Shown here: positions 14,959 to 25,333 of the stretch, piece by piece
Layout: every line of letters starts with the position of its first letter
Numbering within the stretch: the stretch's first letter is position 1
Origin: a virus
Taxonomy: Duplodnaviria; Caudoviricetes
Length of the DNA: 64,000 nt
Reading direction: 5' to 3' (one strand)
Virus record (IMG/VR): IMGVR_UViG_3300010052_000154
Span: 1-64,000 of that record
The notes under the pieces: model-generated
What the model was told of the DNA's origin: nothing
What the model saw: the letters and a program-made list of their open reading frames with translations, nothing else
Database searches by the model: none
Program-made: the position numbers and the translations under genes

Positions 14959-16655
14959 CAGACCAGGCTCTCCAACTGGAGCGAGAGATCGGAGTCCTCG
15001 GTGTAGCGAATGACCACATCGAAATCCTTGTAGAAGCCGTAGATCACCGTCGGCTCGAATAACTCCGAGCCGATGTAGACGATGGGCGTGGCGTGATAGC
15101 TGGCGAGCTTGCGGACGAGCTGGCTGACGAAGCTGTTCTTCACCCGAACCGGGAGGTCGGCGCGCTGATAGTAGGGACGCTCGACGATGACGGCGTTGCC
15201 GAAGTCGTCGCGTCCCTTGATCGAGGTGTCGATAATCCCGACGCTCGCCCCGTACTGCGTTGCGCCGAGCTGTTGCAGCTTGCCGACCACACAGGCGCCG
15301 CACCGAACAGCATAGCCCGGGTTGGAGAGCGTCAGGGTCAACTGCGCCCCGGCGTAGGGCGGCAGGTTCAGAAGCAGCGCCTGAGAAGCCCGCTCGATGT
15401 CATTGAAGAAATAGGAATACCAGTTGTCGATCCCGGCGGTGCTGACCAAGCTGACGGTGATGTCCCGCACGACGCCATCGACCGGATCGGTGATGGTGGC
15501 GCGGCAGACGGCGGCGTCGACGGCGAACAGAGCCACCGCCGTGACGCGCTTGGTCAGGTTCAGGACGACCGTGATGCTATCGGCGTCGGCGGTCTGGCTG
15601 CCGACCACCTGATCAAACATCCGCCAGCGATTGGTCGACCCGGCCGGCAGCCAAGCGGTCTTGTCACTCAGCTGGTTGCCGCCGTTGCTGTCCTTGACCG
15701 AGATGTAGAGCAGATGGGCCGTCGCCGCCGTGTTGCCCCGAACCGTGACGTTCTTCGCGTAGGTAGTGCCTGCGCTGTAGACCGGCTCGTTCTCCGCCAC
15801 GCTAGACACCAGCATGGGCTTACCCACGTCTGCGGCCCGCGTGACCGCGGTCGTCGTCGTCGCCACGTACGAGGAGACGGGCCCGGCCTTGAGGTCGTGG
15901 CCCCAGACCTCGACGCCTGCGACACCGTCGCCCGCGAAAGCCTCTGATCCGTCCCCGACGCTGATGACGAGGCCCAAGGTAGTGGCCCCGGCTACGGCGC
16001 CCTCGATCTCAAGGCGCCGCCAGCCGCCGGCCAACATCCGCATCCGAGCGACGTTCAGGCTGGCGCCAGTCCCGAACGGGCCAGCGTAGGGCATGGCCCC
16101 GCTGGCGAGGTCGACCACCATCTCGACCCCAGCGCCCTCGCCGGCCGTGGCCAGGCGCAGACGAACCTTCGAGAACCCTGCCGCCCGCAGGAACACCGAC
16201 CCGCCGGCCAGCCCACCGGCCGCGACCACGGCCGCCGCACCCATGCGCGCGGCCTTGTGGGTAGCCGTGCTGGTCGCGCTCGGCCGCAGAATGTCGGCCG
16301 TGGCCGTCCCGTCGGGTGCGACGCCGACGTTCGCCGCGATGGTCGCCTCGGTTGCAGTCCAGCCCGTGAGATCCTGGCTCTGCAGCATCACGTTAGTCCC
16401 GGCCGCTTCTGCAAGGAACTCGGGCACCGCCTTAGGGATGACGCTCATGCCTGGCAGCGGCTGGGTCGGAATGAGCAGCGAGGGGCCCGCCATCCATCCG
16501 GCCGGGGCGTAGATGTGGGTCTCCGGCGGGTTGTTCAGGCGCGGCTCGTTGACCGGGGCGAAGGCGACGCCGCCCGCCGCGGTGTAGTAGCTGGCCACGC
16601 TCGCCCGGCTGAACGCGCCGGTATCGGTGATGGGCAGCGGCTCGATGAGCTTCAT
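14958..16655 (-). CDS. Distal-tail/hub structural protein with an inserted carbohydrate-binding-like domain
   Basis: MKLIEP...MLVSSVAENE...TNRWRMFD..VGSQT core, interrupted by an FSRAS...VTRAAD module. Confidence 0.75.
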   Translation of the reverse strand: MKLIEPLPITDTGAFSRASVASYYTAAGGVAFAPVNEPRLNNPPETHIYAPAGWMAGPSLLIPTQPLPGMSVIPKAVPEFLAEAAGTNVMLQSQDLTGWTATEATIAANVGVAPDGTATADILRPSATSTATHKAARMGAAAVVAAGGLAGGSVFLRAAGFSKVRLRLATAGEGAGVEMVVDLASGAMPYAGPFGTGASLNVARMRMLAGGWRRLEIEGAVAGATTLGLVISVGDGSEAFAGDGVAGVEVWGHDLKAGPVSSYVATTTTAVTRAADVGKPMLVSSVAENEPVYSAGTTYAKNVTVRGNTAATAHLLYISVKDSNGGNQLSDKTAWLPAGSTNRWRMFDQVVGSQTADADSITVVLNLTKRVTAVALFAVDAAVCRATITDPVDGVVRDITVSLVSTAGIDNWYSYFFNDIERASQALLLNLPPYAGAQLTLTLSNPGYAVRCGACVVGKLQQLGATQYGASVGIIDTSIKGRDDFGNAVIVERPYYQRADLPVRVKNSFVSQLVRKLASYHATPIVYIGSELFEPTVIYGFYKDFDVVIRYTEDSDLSLQLESLV

Positions 16656-19600
16656 CAGGCCGCGGCCTTCGTCGGCACCGGATCGCCGGGCTGGGCGCCG
16701 TGGACCGAAATCCCCTCGTTCAGGATCCGGCGGATGTTCTTGTTCATCTCGTGGTTCGAGCGCGCGATGGCGACGAGGGCCGCGTTCATTCGCTGCATCT
16801 CGCCGAGCATCTGCGCGAGCTGGCGGCTGTCCTCGCGGCCCATGACGGCATGGACGCCCATCTTCCCGCCGACGTTGGCCAGCGGCAGGATGCCCTCGGG
16901 TCCGGCCTCGCCGCCGATGCCGCTCTCGCCGAGGGTGATCGGGCGATCCATCAGGCCGCCGGCGGCATAGGGCGTGCGCCCCTCGCCCTTGCCCTTGTTG
17001 TTCCAGTGCCACTCGCCGAAGCCGGCTACGCCCTTGTCGAGGCCATGCTGCTTGAACCAGGGCGAGTTGCGGTCGGCGGTGGCCAGCAGCCGCTCGCCCT
17101 CGGCGCGCACGTCGGTGTAGTGCTGGACGTAGCTGTCCCAATCGGGCGCGCGCGGCGTCGGCGTGGGATTGTCGTTGGCCGGCGGCGGCGCCGTGGGCAT
17201 CGGCGTCACCGGGGCTGGCGTGACGGCCTGGGCCTGCTGGGCGGCTCTGTAGTTGGCCACAGCAGCGGCCAGGCTGAGCACGCTATCGTTGACCGTCAGG
17301 ATCCCGGCGACCATCGCCTTGGCCGCGGCGAGCTGCTGTTCAGCGACACCGACCTGGCGATTGGCCGCCTGCTCGGTGGCGCGCACGCCGTCCCGGGCGG
17401 CGGCGAGGCCGAGATCGTATTCCAGTCGGCTGCGCGCACTGCCCTTCAGGGCCTCGGCATAGTTCTGGGTCACGCCGGCAAGCTGGCCCATGGCGTCGGC
17501 GTCGCCGGCGCGGGCCTTCTGCAGGATGGAGGCGAACTCGTCGGCCGACCGGTTCGCAGCCTCGGCTGGCGTCCGATCCATCAGCGCCTCGAGGTCCTTG
17601 TCGAGGTCGCGCATCGACTTCGCCAGATCCAGGAACTTGTCCCGCATCCGCTCCGCCGCCTCGGTTTCGCGGTCATAGGCGACCTGGACGGCGTCGCGGG
17701 CATCCTGGACGGCCTTGGAGCCTTCGGTCTGGAAGTCGATCACCTTGGCGAAGGCCGGGGCCAGGGCCATCAGGGCGGCGTACATCTGCGCGCCGGCTTC
17801 GGTCGTAAGATCGAGGCCGAGGACGATGTTCTTGAATTGGTCCTTGGTCTTGACCGAGGTCAGGTTCAGCCGCGCGAGTTCTTCGGCGACAGCGCGCTGG
17901 ATCGGCGCCATGCGCTCGACGTCGGTCAGGTAGGTCTCGGCGAAGCTGCGGACCTGATCGGCGAACTCGTCGATGCCGCCGGCCAGGTCGACCAGACGCT
18001 CCCGGGCCTTCAGCGACGAGACGCCTACGGCGCCGAAGGTCATGCCGATCGACTTCAGCGAGACGTCGACCACCTGATACTGCCGGGCGACGCGGGCAAG
18101 GGTCTCGAAGGCCCCCTCGCCCACCTTCTGCAGGACGGTCAGCTCCGGGATCGCGGTGGCGGCGAGGTCGTCGCCCAGCTTGCCGAAGATGGCGTTGAGC
18201 GCTTCCTTGATCTCGGCTCCGGACATGTCCTTGAAGGACATCTTGCCGAGCTCGACCTTGAAGGCGTCGAGCGTGGCCTCGGCCCCGGTGACGCCCAGGA
18301 TGCCGGCGGCGTCGAGCACGCCCCTCTTCAGCGAGCCGATGAGGTCGGTGATCTGCTTCGAGAGATCGGCGTCCAGGGCACCGGTCGTCGTCGTGACCTT
18401 GTCCTTGTTGGAATAGGACAGCCCCAGGAACTTCTTCTGCGTGTTCTCCAGGACCTGCTGATAGGTCTGGCCCTTGATGCCGCCCGACAGGATGTCCGAC
18501 AGGGACTGCGAGCCGAACTGAAGGCCCTGGTCCTGAAGCGTGCGCGTCGTCCGCGTGCCGAAGAGGCCAGGCAGCAGGTTCGAGATCGGCGCGAAGATCC
18601 GCGTCAGGCCGCCGGGGCCCGTCGAGGTCTTGCCGAGGTTAAGGTCCGAAGTGTCGAGCGCGCCGCCAGCGCTCAGGGAGCGGGCCACCGCGGCGGCCAG
18701 GGCTCCGATGCCGCTGTCGATGCTCATAAGCGCCTTCAGCATGCCGATCGAGTATTCGAGGTCGCGGTTGGTGTTCGCGGCCACGATCTCCAGCGATTTG
18801 GCGATGCTGTCCGACTTCGCCTTGCTGTCACCGAGGACGGATCCGGTGCCCTGCGCCTTCTGGCGTGCCTCCATGTCCCCTGCACCAGGCGCGGAGCCGC
18901 GGCCGCCGCCGGAGAAGCCCAGGCCGGCCATGACCGCCAGCATGCCGCCCACGGCGACGAAGCCCAGCGGCCCCAGCGCCGCGAACATGCTGGCCGCGCC
19001 CTCGGCGACCTTCAGCGGGGTTCGTACGGCAGTCCCGGCCGTCGTGAAGGCGGTCTTGGCCGCTTCGCCTGCCCCGGTCGCCGCGACCTCGGCGCCGACG
19101 GCCGCCATCTTCGTCGCGGTCTCGACCCCCTGCTGGGCCATGGCCCGGATCGACATCGCCATCTCGACGGTGCGGAACGCGATCTCGGCGGCCTGCATGA
19201 CCTTGTAGCCGGCCGATCCCTGCTCGAAGAACGACTTGCCGGCCGCGGCCATATCGCCATAGGCGCCGACGCGCGCCTTCTTGCTCTCGCGGGCGGCGAG
19301 GACCTCGGCGTGCATCCAGGCCTCGGAGCCTTTGACCTGGTCGAACTGCGCGACCTCGCGCTGGCGTCGGATCGCCTCCTCCCGCGCCTGCAAGTCGGAG
19401 TAAGCTCCGATGACGCCGCTGATGGTTCCGGCGGTTCGCTTGGCGCCTTCCCCCATCCCCTCGAAAGCCTGCGTGAACTTGGCGCCTGCGTCCTTCGCGT
19501 GGTCGGCGATCTGACGGAGAAGGTCGAGGGTGTAGTCGAGGCTGGCGTTGTAGTTGTCCGCCTTGCGCTGCACGTCGTTGCTGAGGCCCGCGGCCTCACC

Positions 19601-21829
19601 GGCCTTATCGACTAGAGCGGCCGCGCCTGGCAGCTTGTCCAAGCCGCTGCGTGCCAGATCCTGCTGTTTCTGCATCCGGGCGATGGCGACGGCCCGCTCG
19701 CGGTTCGTCTTCCCGATCAGGCTGCGCTCCAGCTCCAGCATCTCGATCTGGCGACGGAAGTCCGCGCCTTGGGCGATGATCTGCTCTTCCTTCTTCAGCC
19801 GGTTCAGCTTGTCCTGCGCGAACGCGAGGCGGATCACCTGCTCCGTCAGGGCAGCCTTCTCATTTCCGTTGGCCGCGTCGGCCTGGGCGATCATGCCCGC
19901 CAGGCGCGCTTCGTTGGCCATCCGCTCAGCGGCGTCGGCCGCGCTGACCGATCCGCTAACGACGGCGCGGTTGGCCCGCTCCTGCGCCGCGATCTGCTGC
20001 TCGAGCCCGAAGACGGTCTTGGCCGCGGCTTCGGCAGCCTTGGCAGCGTTGAGGTCGAGTTGTCGGCGCACGAACGCCTCAGCGTCGCCGCGCTTGGTGA
20101 TCGCTTTCGAGGTTGCGTCAGCAGTCGCAGCGGCGCGCAGGGCCTCCGCTTCGCCAATCCGATAGGCGGCGGCGACCTTCAGCGCGCCTTCGGCGGCCGC
20201 GTCCATCGCGCGCGCCTCACGCTCCAACTGCTCGGCATGGCGCGCGGCGGCCTTCGCGGCCGATTCCGCGGCGCTGGCGGCCTTGCTCGCCGCGCCGCTG
20301 GCGGCCGGGGTGTAGCGCTTCATAATCGCGGCCTCGGCGTCCCGCTGGCGCGCCGCGCTGGGGATCAGGTCCGAGTTCGGGTTCGCCTTGCGGATCGCCT
20401 CGATGTCGGCGCGGTACTTCGCGATCTCGCTGCGCGCCTTGCTGACATTGTCGCCCATGCCGGCCCACGAGGTCCGCATGCGCTCGGCCGCGGCCACGCC
20501 GGCGTCCTGGACGCGCGCAGCCTCCCCGGCCGCCTTCTGTTGGGCGAGGGTCGCTTCCAGCGCCGCCTTCTGGGTCAGCAGATTGTTGCGGGTCGTCTTG
20601 TCCCGCTTCGCATACTCGCCGCCGAGCTGGTCGTTGATCAGGGCAAGCTTCTGCTCGACGCCTGCCGCCTTCCCGAAGTCCTTCAGCGCCTCCCAGGCGT
20701 CGCCGATCGCGCCGGTGACGCCCTTCCACGCCCGCTCCAGCAGACCGAGGTTGGCGGGCCCGATCTTCCCGAGGCCCTCGTAGATCGCCACGCTGGCCGC
20801 ATACTGCGCGGCCTCGATGTCACCGCGGTCTTCCAGCGCCCGGATGTGCTCCAGCTGCGCCAGCGTCATGAGGTGGTGCTGATCGTTGAACTTGGTGGCG
20901 TAGTCGGCGACGCTATCGCCCATCTTGGCGAAGTCGGCCGCGACCTCAGCTGCCGATTTGCCGGTGTATTCCGACAGTTGCAGCGCGCTCTTCGACAGGA
21001 CTTCAATAGACCTGGCGCTGAAGTCGCCTGTCGATACCAGGGTGGCGATGGCGCCGCGCGCCTTGCCGACCCCGACGTCGACGGCATCGGCCGAGCGCTT
21101 GGCCATGGCTTCGAGTTCGCCGGCCGTGGCGCCCGCGAAATTCCCGGTCACCGCAAGGGCGTTGGCGAAGCGGTTCGCATCCTTCTCGGCCGACAAGAAC
21201 GCGCCGCCGAGCGTGCCGATCACTATGGTGCCGATCGCGAACGGGCCCGCCTTGCCGAGCACGTTCATCGCCATGGTGCCCAGCTCGCCCAGGATAGCCT
21301 TGGTGCTCATCCCCCGCGCGCCAGCGGTCTGCAGGATGTCCCCGATCTGCGGAAGCTGCTGGATCGCGATCATCAGGGGGTTCATCCCCATCGCCGCGGT
21401 GACCCCGATGTCGGCGAACTGGCGCGAAAGGTTCAGGACCTCATGCGCCTGCAGCTTCGCGGCCTTGGCGCCAGCGACGTGGGCCTTCTCCATCGAGCCG
21501 AGCTGGCGGGTGTATTGGGTCGCGAAGTTGCGCTGCGCCGCGTCGTAGAAGTCCGCATAGGCGTTGGTGGCCGACTGGATCGCCTTGGTCTCCCTGACCA
21601 GGGCGGCAGTAGCGTCGTCATGCGCCGATCCGGCCGAGGCTGCTGCCTGCGTAAGCCGGCGCGTTTCGGCCGCGAGTTCCTTGTCGGCAGCGGTTAGCTT
21701 CTTCGCCGCGGTCTCCGCACGGCCGCCGGCATCCGCCATCTCGTTAAGGCGGGCGATTCCCGCCGGTACCGGGGTGGTGTCGATCTCGACCGCCAAGGAG
21801 GCGAGCGAAACTGCGCCGTCGTCGGCCAT
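16655..21829 (-). CDS. Tail tape measure protein
   Basis: 1724 aa, Ala-rich helical, lambda-H-like N-terminus (QQLPQIGDI). Confidence 0.93.
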   Translation of the reverse strand: MADDGAVSLASLAVEIDTTPVPAGIARLNEMADAGGRAETAAKKLTAADKELAAETRRLTQAAASAGSAHDDATAALVRETKAIQSATNAYADFYDAAQRNFATQYTRQLGSMEKAHVAGAKAAKLQAHEVLNLSRQFADIGVTAAMGMNPLMIAIQQLPQIGDILQTAGARGMSTKAILGELGTMAMNVLGKAGPFAIGTIVIGTLGGAFLSAEKDANRFANALAVTGNFAGATAGELEAMAKRSADAVDVGVGKARGAIATLVSTGDFSARSIEVLSKSALQLSEYTGKSAAEVAADFAKMGDSVADYATKFNDQHHLMTLAQLEHIRALEDRGDIEAAQYAASVAIYEGLGKIGPANLGLLERAWKGVTGAIGDAWEALKDFGKAAGVEQKLALINDQLGGEYAKRDKTTRNNLLTQKAALEATLAQQKAAGEAARVQDAGVAAAERMRTSWAGMGDNVSKARSEIAKYRADIEAIRKANPNSDLIPSAARQRDAEAAIMKRYTPAASGAASKAASAAESAAKAAARHAEQLEREARAMDAAAEGALKVAAAYRIGEAEALRAAATADATSKAITKRGDAEAFVRRQLDLNAAKAAEAAAKTVFGLEQQIAAQERANRAVVSGSVSAADAAERMANEARLAGMIAQADAANGNEKAALTEQVIRLAFAQDKLNRLKKEEQIIAQGADFRRQIEMLELERSLIGKTNRERAVAIARMQKQQDLARSGLDKLPGAAALVDKAGEAAGLSNDVQRKADNYNASLDYTLDLLRQIADHAKDAGAKFTQAFEGMGEGAKRTAGTISGVIGAYSDLQAREEAIRRQREVAQFDQVKGSEAWMHAEVLAARESKKARVGAYGDMAAAGKSFFEQGSAGYKVMQAAEIAFRTVEMAMSIRAMAQQGVETATKMAAVGAEVAATGAGEAAKTAFTTAGTAVRTPLKVAEGAASMFAALGPLGFVAVGGMLAVMAGLGFSGGGRGSAPGAGDMEARQKAQGTGSVLGDSKAKSDSIAKSLEIVAANTNRDLEYSIGMLKALMSIDSGIGALAAAVARSLSAGGALDTSDLNLGKTSTGPGGLTRIFAPISNLLPGLFGTRTTRTLQDQGLQFGSQSLSDILSGGIKGQTYQQVLENTQKKFLGLSYSNKDKVTTTTGALDADLSKQITDLIGSLKRGVLDAAGILGVTGAEATLDAFKVELGKMSFKDMSGAEIKEALNAIFGKLGDDLAATAIPELTVLQKVGEGAFETLARVARQYQVVDVSLKSIGMTFGAVGVSSLKARERLVDLAGGIDEFADQVRSFAETYLTDVERMAPIQRAVAEELARLNLTSVKTKDQFKNIVLGLDLTTEAGAQMYAALMALAPAFAKVIDFQTEGSKAVQDARDAVQVAYDRETEAAERMRDKFLDLAKSMRDLDKDLEALMDRTPAEAANRSADEFASILQKARAGDADAMGQLAGVTQNYAEALKGSARSRLEYDLGLAAARDGVRATEQAANRQVGVAEQQLAAAKAMVAGILTVNDSVLSLAAAVANYRAAQQAQAVTPAPVTPMPTAPPPANDNPTPTPRAPDWDSYVQHYTDVRAEGERLLATADRNSPWFKQHGLDKGVAGFGEWHWNNKGKGEGRTPYAAGGLMDRPITLGESGIGGEAGPEGILPLANVGGKMGVHAVMGREDSRQLAQMLGEMQRMNAALVAIARSNHEMNKNIRRILNEGISVHGAQPGDPVPTKAAA

Positions 21830-21858
21830 GGCTCGCCTCCTTTCATTGTGGATGTGTG

Positions 21859-22263
21859 CTAGTCGGCCCCCGGACTGCTGGCCGGAGCCATCTGCTCGGC
21901 CATCGAGCCGATCCAGAGATTGTCGATGTCTATGAGCGCCCGGCGCTCCCAGTATTCGAGGCGCTGGGCCTCATCTGCTTCCCAGAGCCGGATATCGAGC
22001 CGCGTCAGGCGACATGGCCCCATAGCGCCGGTCTGACGGGTCCGGCTCAACTCAAGGAAATATCGCCAGACGTGGAGCGCCTGGCGCGGGCAGTCCTGAG
22101 CGGCGGCGAGTTCGGCCTTGGCCTCCGGGTCGCCGGCCCGCGCGAGAACCGCGAGGTGGTCGCGCCGCCGCGCCTTCAGGTCGCCCTCACCCTCGATTGC
22201 ATCGAGAGCGAAGGCGGCCTTCGCGAAGGCAAGTAGTCGCTGCGTCAGACCTTGATAAAATTT
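21859..22263 (-). CDS. Tail assembly chaperone frameshift extension (gpT-like part of gpGT)
   Basis: Open -1 frame entered at the slippery heptamer and running to 21859, just before the tape measure gene. Confidence 0.75.
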   Translation of the reverse strand, partial: KFYQGLTQRLLAFAKAAFALDAIEGEGDLKARRRDHLAVLARAGDPEAKAELAAAQDCPRQALHVWRYFLELSRTRQTGAMGPCRLTRLDIRLWEADEAQRLEYWERRALIDIDNLWIGSMAEQMAPASSPGAD

Positions 22264-22697
22264 TCCAGGCGACGCGACTGCGCCAGGACTTGGCCGGCGA
22301 CATGCGAGTTCGACTGGCAAAGGGCCAGCGCCCTCGCGGGTGTGAATTCCTCCTGGATGCCGCGCCACCCGACCAGGCGGACGGCCGCGAGTTTCTGACC
22401 GAGCACCGTGCTTTCCTCCACCGGCTCAACCGCCTCGATCGCCGAGGTCGCGCTCGCCTCACGCTGGGCGGCCGTCCGACGCTGCTCGTTCAACAGTTCG
22501 TTGGACGCGCTGCGGACGCGTTCCGAGTGCTCGCCGAGGACTGAGAAGAAGATCGACGTCGCATTGCCACGAGGGCCGACATAGTTGAACTCGAACGCTT
22601 CCTCGCTGTGCTGGCGCGCGTTCAGCGCGTCGAGCGAGATCAGTTGGACCTCGTCAGGGGCCGCCGTGTTGTTGCCGGCGGTGTTGGTGCTGGTCAT
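22245..22697 (-). CDS. Tail assembly chaperone (gpG-like)
   Basis: Between the major tail and tape measure genes, carries the slippery site. Confidence 0.8.
   Translation of the reverse strand: MTSTNTAGNNTAAPDEVQLISLDALNARQHSEEAFEFNYVGPRGNATSIFFSVLGEHSERVRSASNELLNEQRRTAAQREASATSAIEAVEPVEESTVLGQKLAAVRLVGWRGIQEEFTPARALALCQSNSHVAGQVLAQSRRLENFIKV
22257..22263 (-). other. Programmed -1 ribosomal frameshift site A-AAT-TTT
   Basis: X-XXY-YYZ heptamer in frame, four codons before the gpG stop. Confidence 0.8.
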
Positions 22698-22767
22698 GGG
22701 ATTTGCCTTTAAAAAGCAGGCGGGTGCGACCCGCCCTTGAAGTTGGTGGGGTGGGTGCAGGCGGGCC

Positions 22768-23994
22768 TTAGGCCTCGCTGTCCTGGTGGCTGAAGATCGT
22801 CTGCTCGGTGGCCTGGCCCGCGCCCCCCGCGCCGTTGAGCTGGGCGGTGAACGGGTAGGTCCGGATGATCTCCTTCTCCCCGTCGTCCGCAGCGTCCCCG
22901 AACAGCTTCACGGCCGGGATGACGAAGGTCATGAAGGGAGAGGCCGCCGACGCATCGACGGGAAGCACGAGCAGCAGGCTGATCGTGGTCTGATCGTCGT
23001 AGACCTGCTGCAGGTCGGAGTTCCGGAACTTGGCGGTGAAGGACCCGCTGACCTTGATCCGGCCGCGCTGGACGTCGGTGCCGACGTTCGTACCCGCCTC
23101 GGGCTCACCCTGCCCGATGCCGCCGTCGATGGTGATCTGGAAGCCGGTCACCGTGGTCGCGACACCGTTGACGATGACCACGCCCGTGACCATGCCGACG
23201 ACGCCGGTCGTGGCTTCGGCGGCCGGCGCGGTCAGGACCTGGACGTCTCCGCGGACGCGGTCCAGCGCGACGAACTCGATGCCGAGCGTGGAGTTGCCGG
23301 TGGCCGGCAGGCCGATGTTGATCGTGCCGGTCTTGGTGTTGATCGCCATCGACGACTTGCCGAGGTCGCTGAAGAACTCCTCGAACGTGAACCAGTCGTC
23401 GGTGTGGCCGCTGGTCGGCGCCCAGGTCTTCTTGCCGATCACCGTCGCGGTGCAGCCGGCGATGGCGCTCTCGGCGACCATGGCCACACCGTTCACCGGC
23501 CGCACCGTCGCGATCGTCGCGGTCAGCGCGATGATCAGGAGGTTCTTGTTGAGGTTGGCCGCGTTGAGCGGGCCGGCCGACAGGCGGATGACGTCGCCGA
23601 TCTTGAAGCCGTCTGTGAGGTAGGAACCGGCCGCCCGGGTGACGGTGAAGGCCCCCGCGTTGCCGGCCGCCGCTGCGATGGTCAGCGACATCGCCGTGGC
23701 GTTGGGGCCAGCAACCACGGCCTTGCGGAGCGCCGCGGCGAAGAAGTCGATGTAGGTCTTCGGCGAGAGGAGACCGTCCAGCGTGCCGGCGACGCGCTTC
23801 TGCCCGGCCGTGGCGCCCGTCGACTGCTGGTGCGAGACGATCTCGTCGTTCTCGTAAGTGTCGCGGGTCAGGTTGAAGACGCCGGTCCGGCGGCGCAGCA
23901 ACTGGCCGCCCGCGCCGCTGGCGGGCGCGCCGTTCCCGGTTTGCTTCTTGTAGGCAAGGGTCTTCTTGATCCCCTGCGCGACAGTGTCGGACAT
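22768..23994 (-). CDS. Major tail tube protein
   Basis: Phage tail-tube pattern (NDEIVSHQQ..., FTAKFRN..L, IPAVKL) and position. Confidence 0.85.
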   Translation of the reverse strand: MSDTVAQGIKKTLAYKKQTGNGAPASGAGGQLLRRRTGVFNLTRDTYENDEIVSHQQSTGATAGQKRVAGTLDGLLSPKTYIDFFAAALRKAVVAGPNATAMSLTIAAAAGNAGAFTVTRAAGSYLTDGFKIGDVIRLSAGPLNAANLNKNLLIIALTATIATVRPVNGVAMVAESAIAGCTATVIGKKTWAPTSGHTDDWFTFEEFFSDLGKSSMAINTKTGTINIGLPATGNSTLGIEFVALDRVRGDVQVLTAPAAEATTGVVGMVTGVVIVNGVATTVTGFQITIDGGIGQGEPEAGTNVGTDVQRGRIKVSGSFTAKFRNSDLQQVYDDQTTISLLLVLPVDASAASPFMTFVIPAVKLFGDAADDGEKEIIRTYPFTAQLNGAGGAGQATEQTIFSHQDSEA

Positions 23995-24066
23995 GGAATG
24001 GTCCTCCGATCAGATTGTTGGGGGTAGTTCAGACGGACCGGGGACCGGCCGTGGCAGCGGCGCGGA

Positions 24067-24495
24067 TCAGGCGCTGATGTGGGCGTAGAAGGGGCAGCGC
24101 ACCGGAAGGCAGTCGCGACCCTGGTGCGCGTAGGCCGGCAGGAGCTCGGCGGTCTTGTCGATGGTCACGGTGGCGCCCGGGGCGCTGAAACTGGCGGTGC
24201 GCCGGAAGGTCTGTCGCAGCATGTCCGCGCGGCTCTCCAGCAGCGCCTGGCCCGTCGGAACAGCCGTGCCCGGCGCGGGGTAGCAGAGGGTGACCTGGAA
24301 GAGCCCGATCTCCGTCCAGGAGGCCGAGTTCTCGTTGTTCGCTGGCCGGTTCCAGATGATGTGGGCGAGCTGATACGGCTCGTCGGCCGGAAAGACCGTG
24401 GCGTCGAAAGGATCGCGCTGCCAGACCGTCCTGATCGGTGGCGCGATACCGTCGAGGGCGAGCTCAAGAGCTGCACGGATGGCGACGAGGCTCAT
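24067..24495 (-). CDS. Tail terminator-like protein
   Basis: GLFQVTLCYP motif, position before the major tail gene. Confidence 0.7.
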   Translation of the reverse strand: MSLVAIRAALELALDGIAPPIRTVWQRDPFDATVFPADEPYQLAHIIWNRPANNENSASWTEIGLFQVTLCYPAPGTAVPTGQALLESRADMLRQTFRRTASFSAPGATVTIDKTAELLPAYAHQGRDCLPVRCPFYAHISA

Positions 24496-24938
24496 TTCGA
24501 CCTCGCCTTCTTCACCGCGTCGTCGGTGATCCCTTTGAAGTCCTGGACGGTGAGACCGACCATGCCGTGGGGGGCCTGGCTGGAGTGACCGCGCTCCAGC
24601 GGCCAGGCGTACGGCAGGTTGTTCTGGATGTAGTGGACGGAGCCGGCCGCCTTCACAGGCAGGTCCGACGTGTTCTGAAGCACGGCGGCGTAGCGCACGG
24701 CGACGTCCGCCCCTTGGTAGATCGCGGCGGCGACCTCCGGCTCCGGGCCGGTCGTCAGTCCGCGCTCCAACTGGTCGAGGCTGTAGAACCAGTTGCCCCG
24801 GAAGCGCCCCGTATCGACCGGCGATCGGTAGATCAGGCGGTTGGCGACCTCCAGGACAACCTCGCGCACGGCCACGTCGGCTCGCTCGCCGGCGTCCTTC
24901 GCGAATTGTCGGAGGGCCAGCTCGAACGGCCCGGCCAT
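24492..24938 (-). CDS. HK97 gp10-like tail completion protein
   Basis: SPVDTGRFRGNW and NNLPYAWPLERGHS.QAP.GMV motifs. Confidence 0.8.
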   Translation of the reverse strand: MAGPFELALRQFAKDAGERADVAVREVVLEVANRLIYRSPVDTGRFRGNWFYSLDQLERGLTTGPEPEVAAAIYQGADVAVRYAAVLQNTSDLPVKAAGSVHYIQNNLPYAWPLERGHSSQAPHGMVGLTVQDFKGITDDAVKKARSK

Positions 24939-25333
24939 CAGGCTCGCAACTGCAAGAAGAAGTGGATGGCCAGGCCGGCCGGCTCGAAGCCTTCTACGTC
25001 CAGGATCCGGCGGCTCGCGCCCGAGGCGTAGACCAGCCTCATCCCCGAAACTGGCGGCGTGATCGGCTGACCATCGACGCCCAGCGCCGACAGCATGAAC
25101 ATGCGATCCGTCGCCAGGATCTTGGTCCCGTCGATCTCGCGCAGGCTGTACTTCAGTTCCAGCCCACAGGCCGCCAGCTCCTCGGGCGCGAGCGGCGCGC
25201 CGGATCCGGTCGCGGGGTTGTAAGGCGCGTGGCCCGCCTTGATCAGGCCGACCGCCTGGCCCTTGCCGCCCTGCGCGATGGGCCGAAGGATGCGATGGGC
25301 CGCCTCGCGGGCCCGGACGTCGTAGGCGCTCAA
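24938..25333 (-). CDS. Head closure / neck protein
   Basis: Position and IDGTKILATD motif. Confidence 0.65.
   Translation of the reverse strand: MSAYDVRAREAAHRILRPIAQGGKGQAVGLIKAGHAPYNPATGSGAPLAPEELAACGLELKYSLREIDGTKILATDRMFMLSALGVDGQPITPPVSGMRLVYASGASRRILDVEGFEPAGLAIHFFLQLRA

Noticed and set aside
21856-22236. Plus-strand 126-aa ORF
   Set aside because: It is antisense to the gpT frame, which is supported by the slippery site and synteny.
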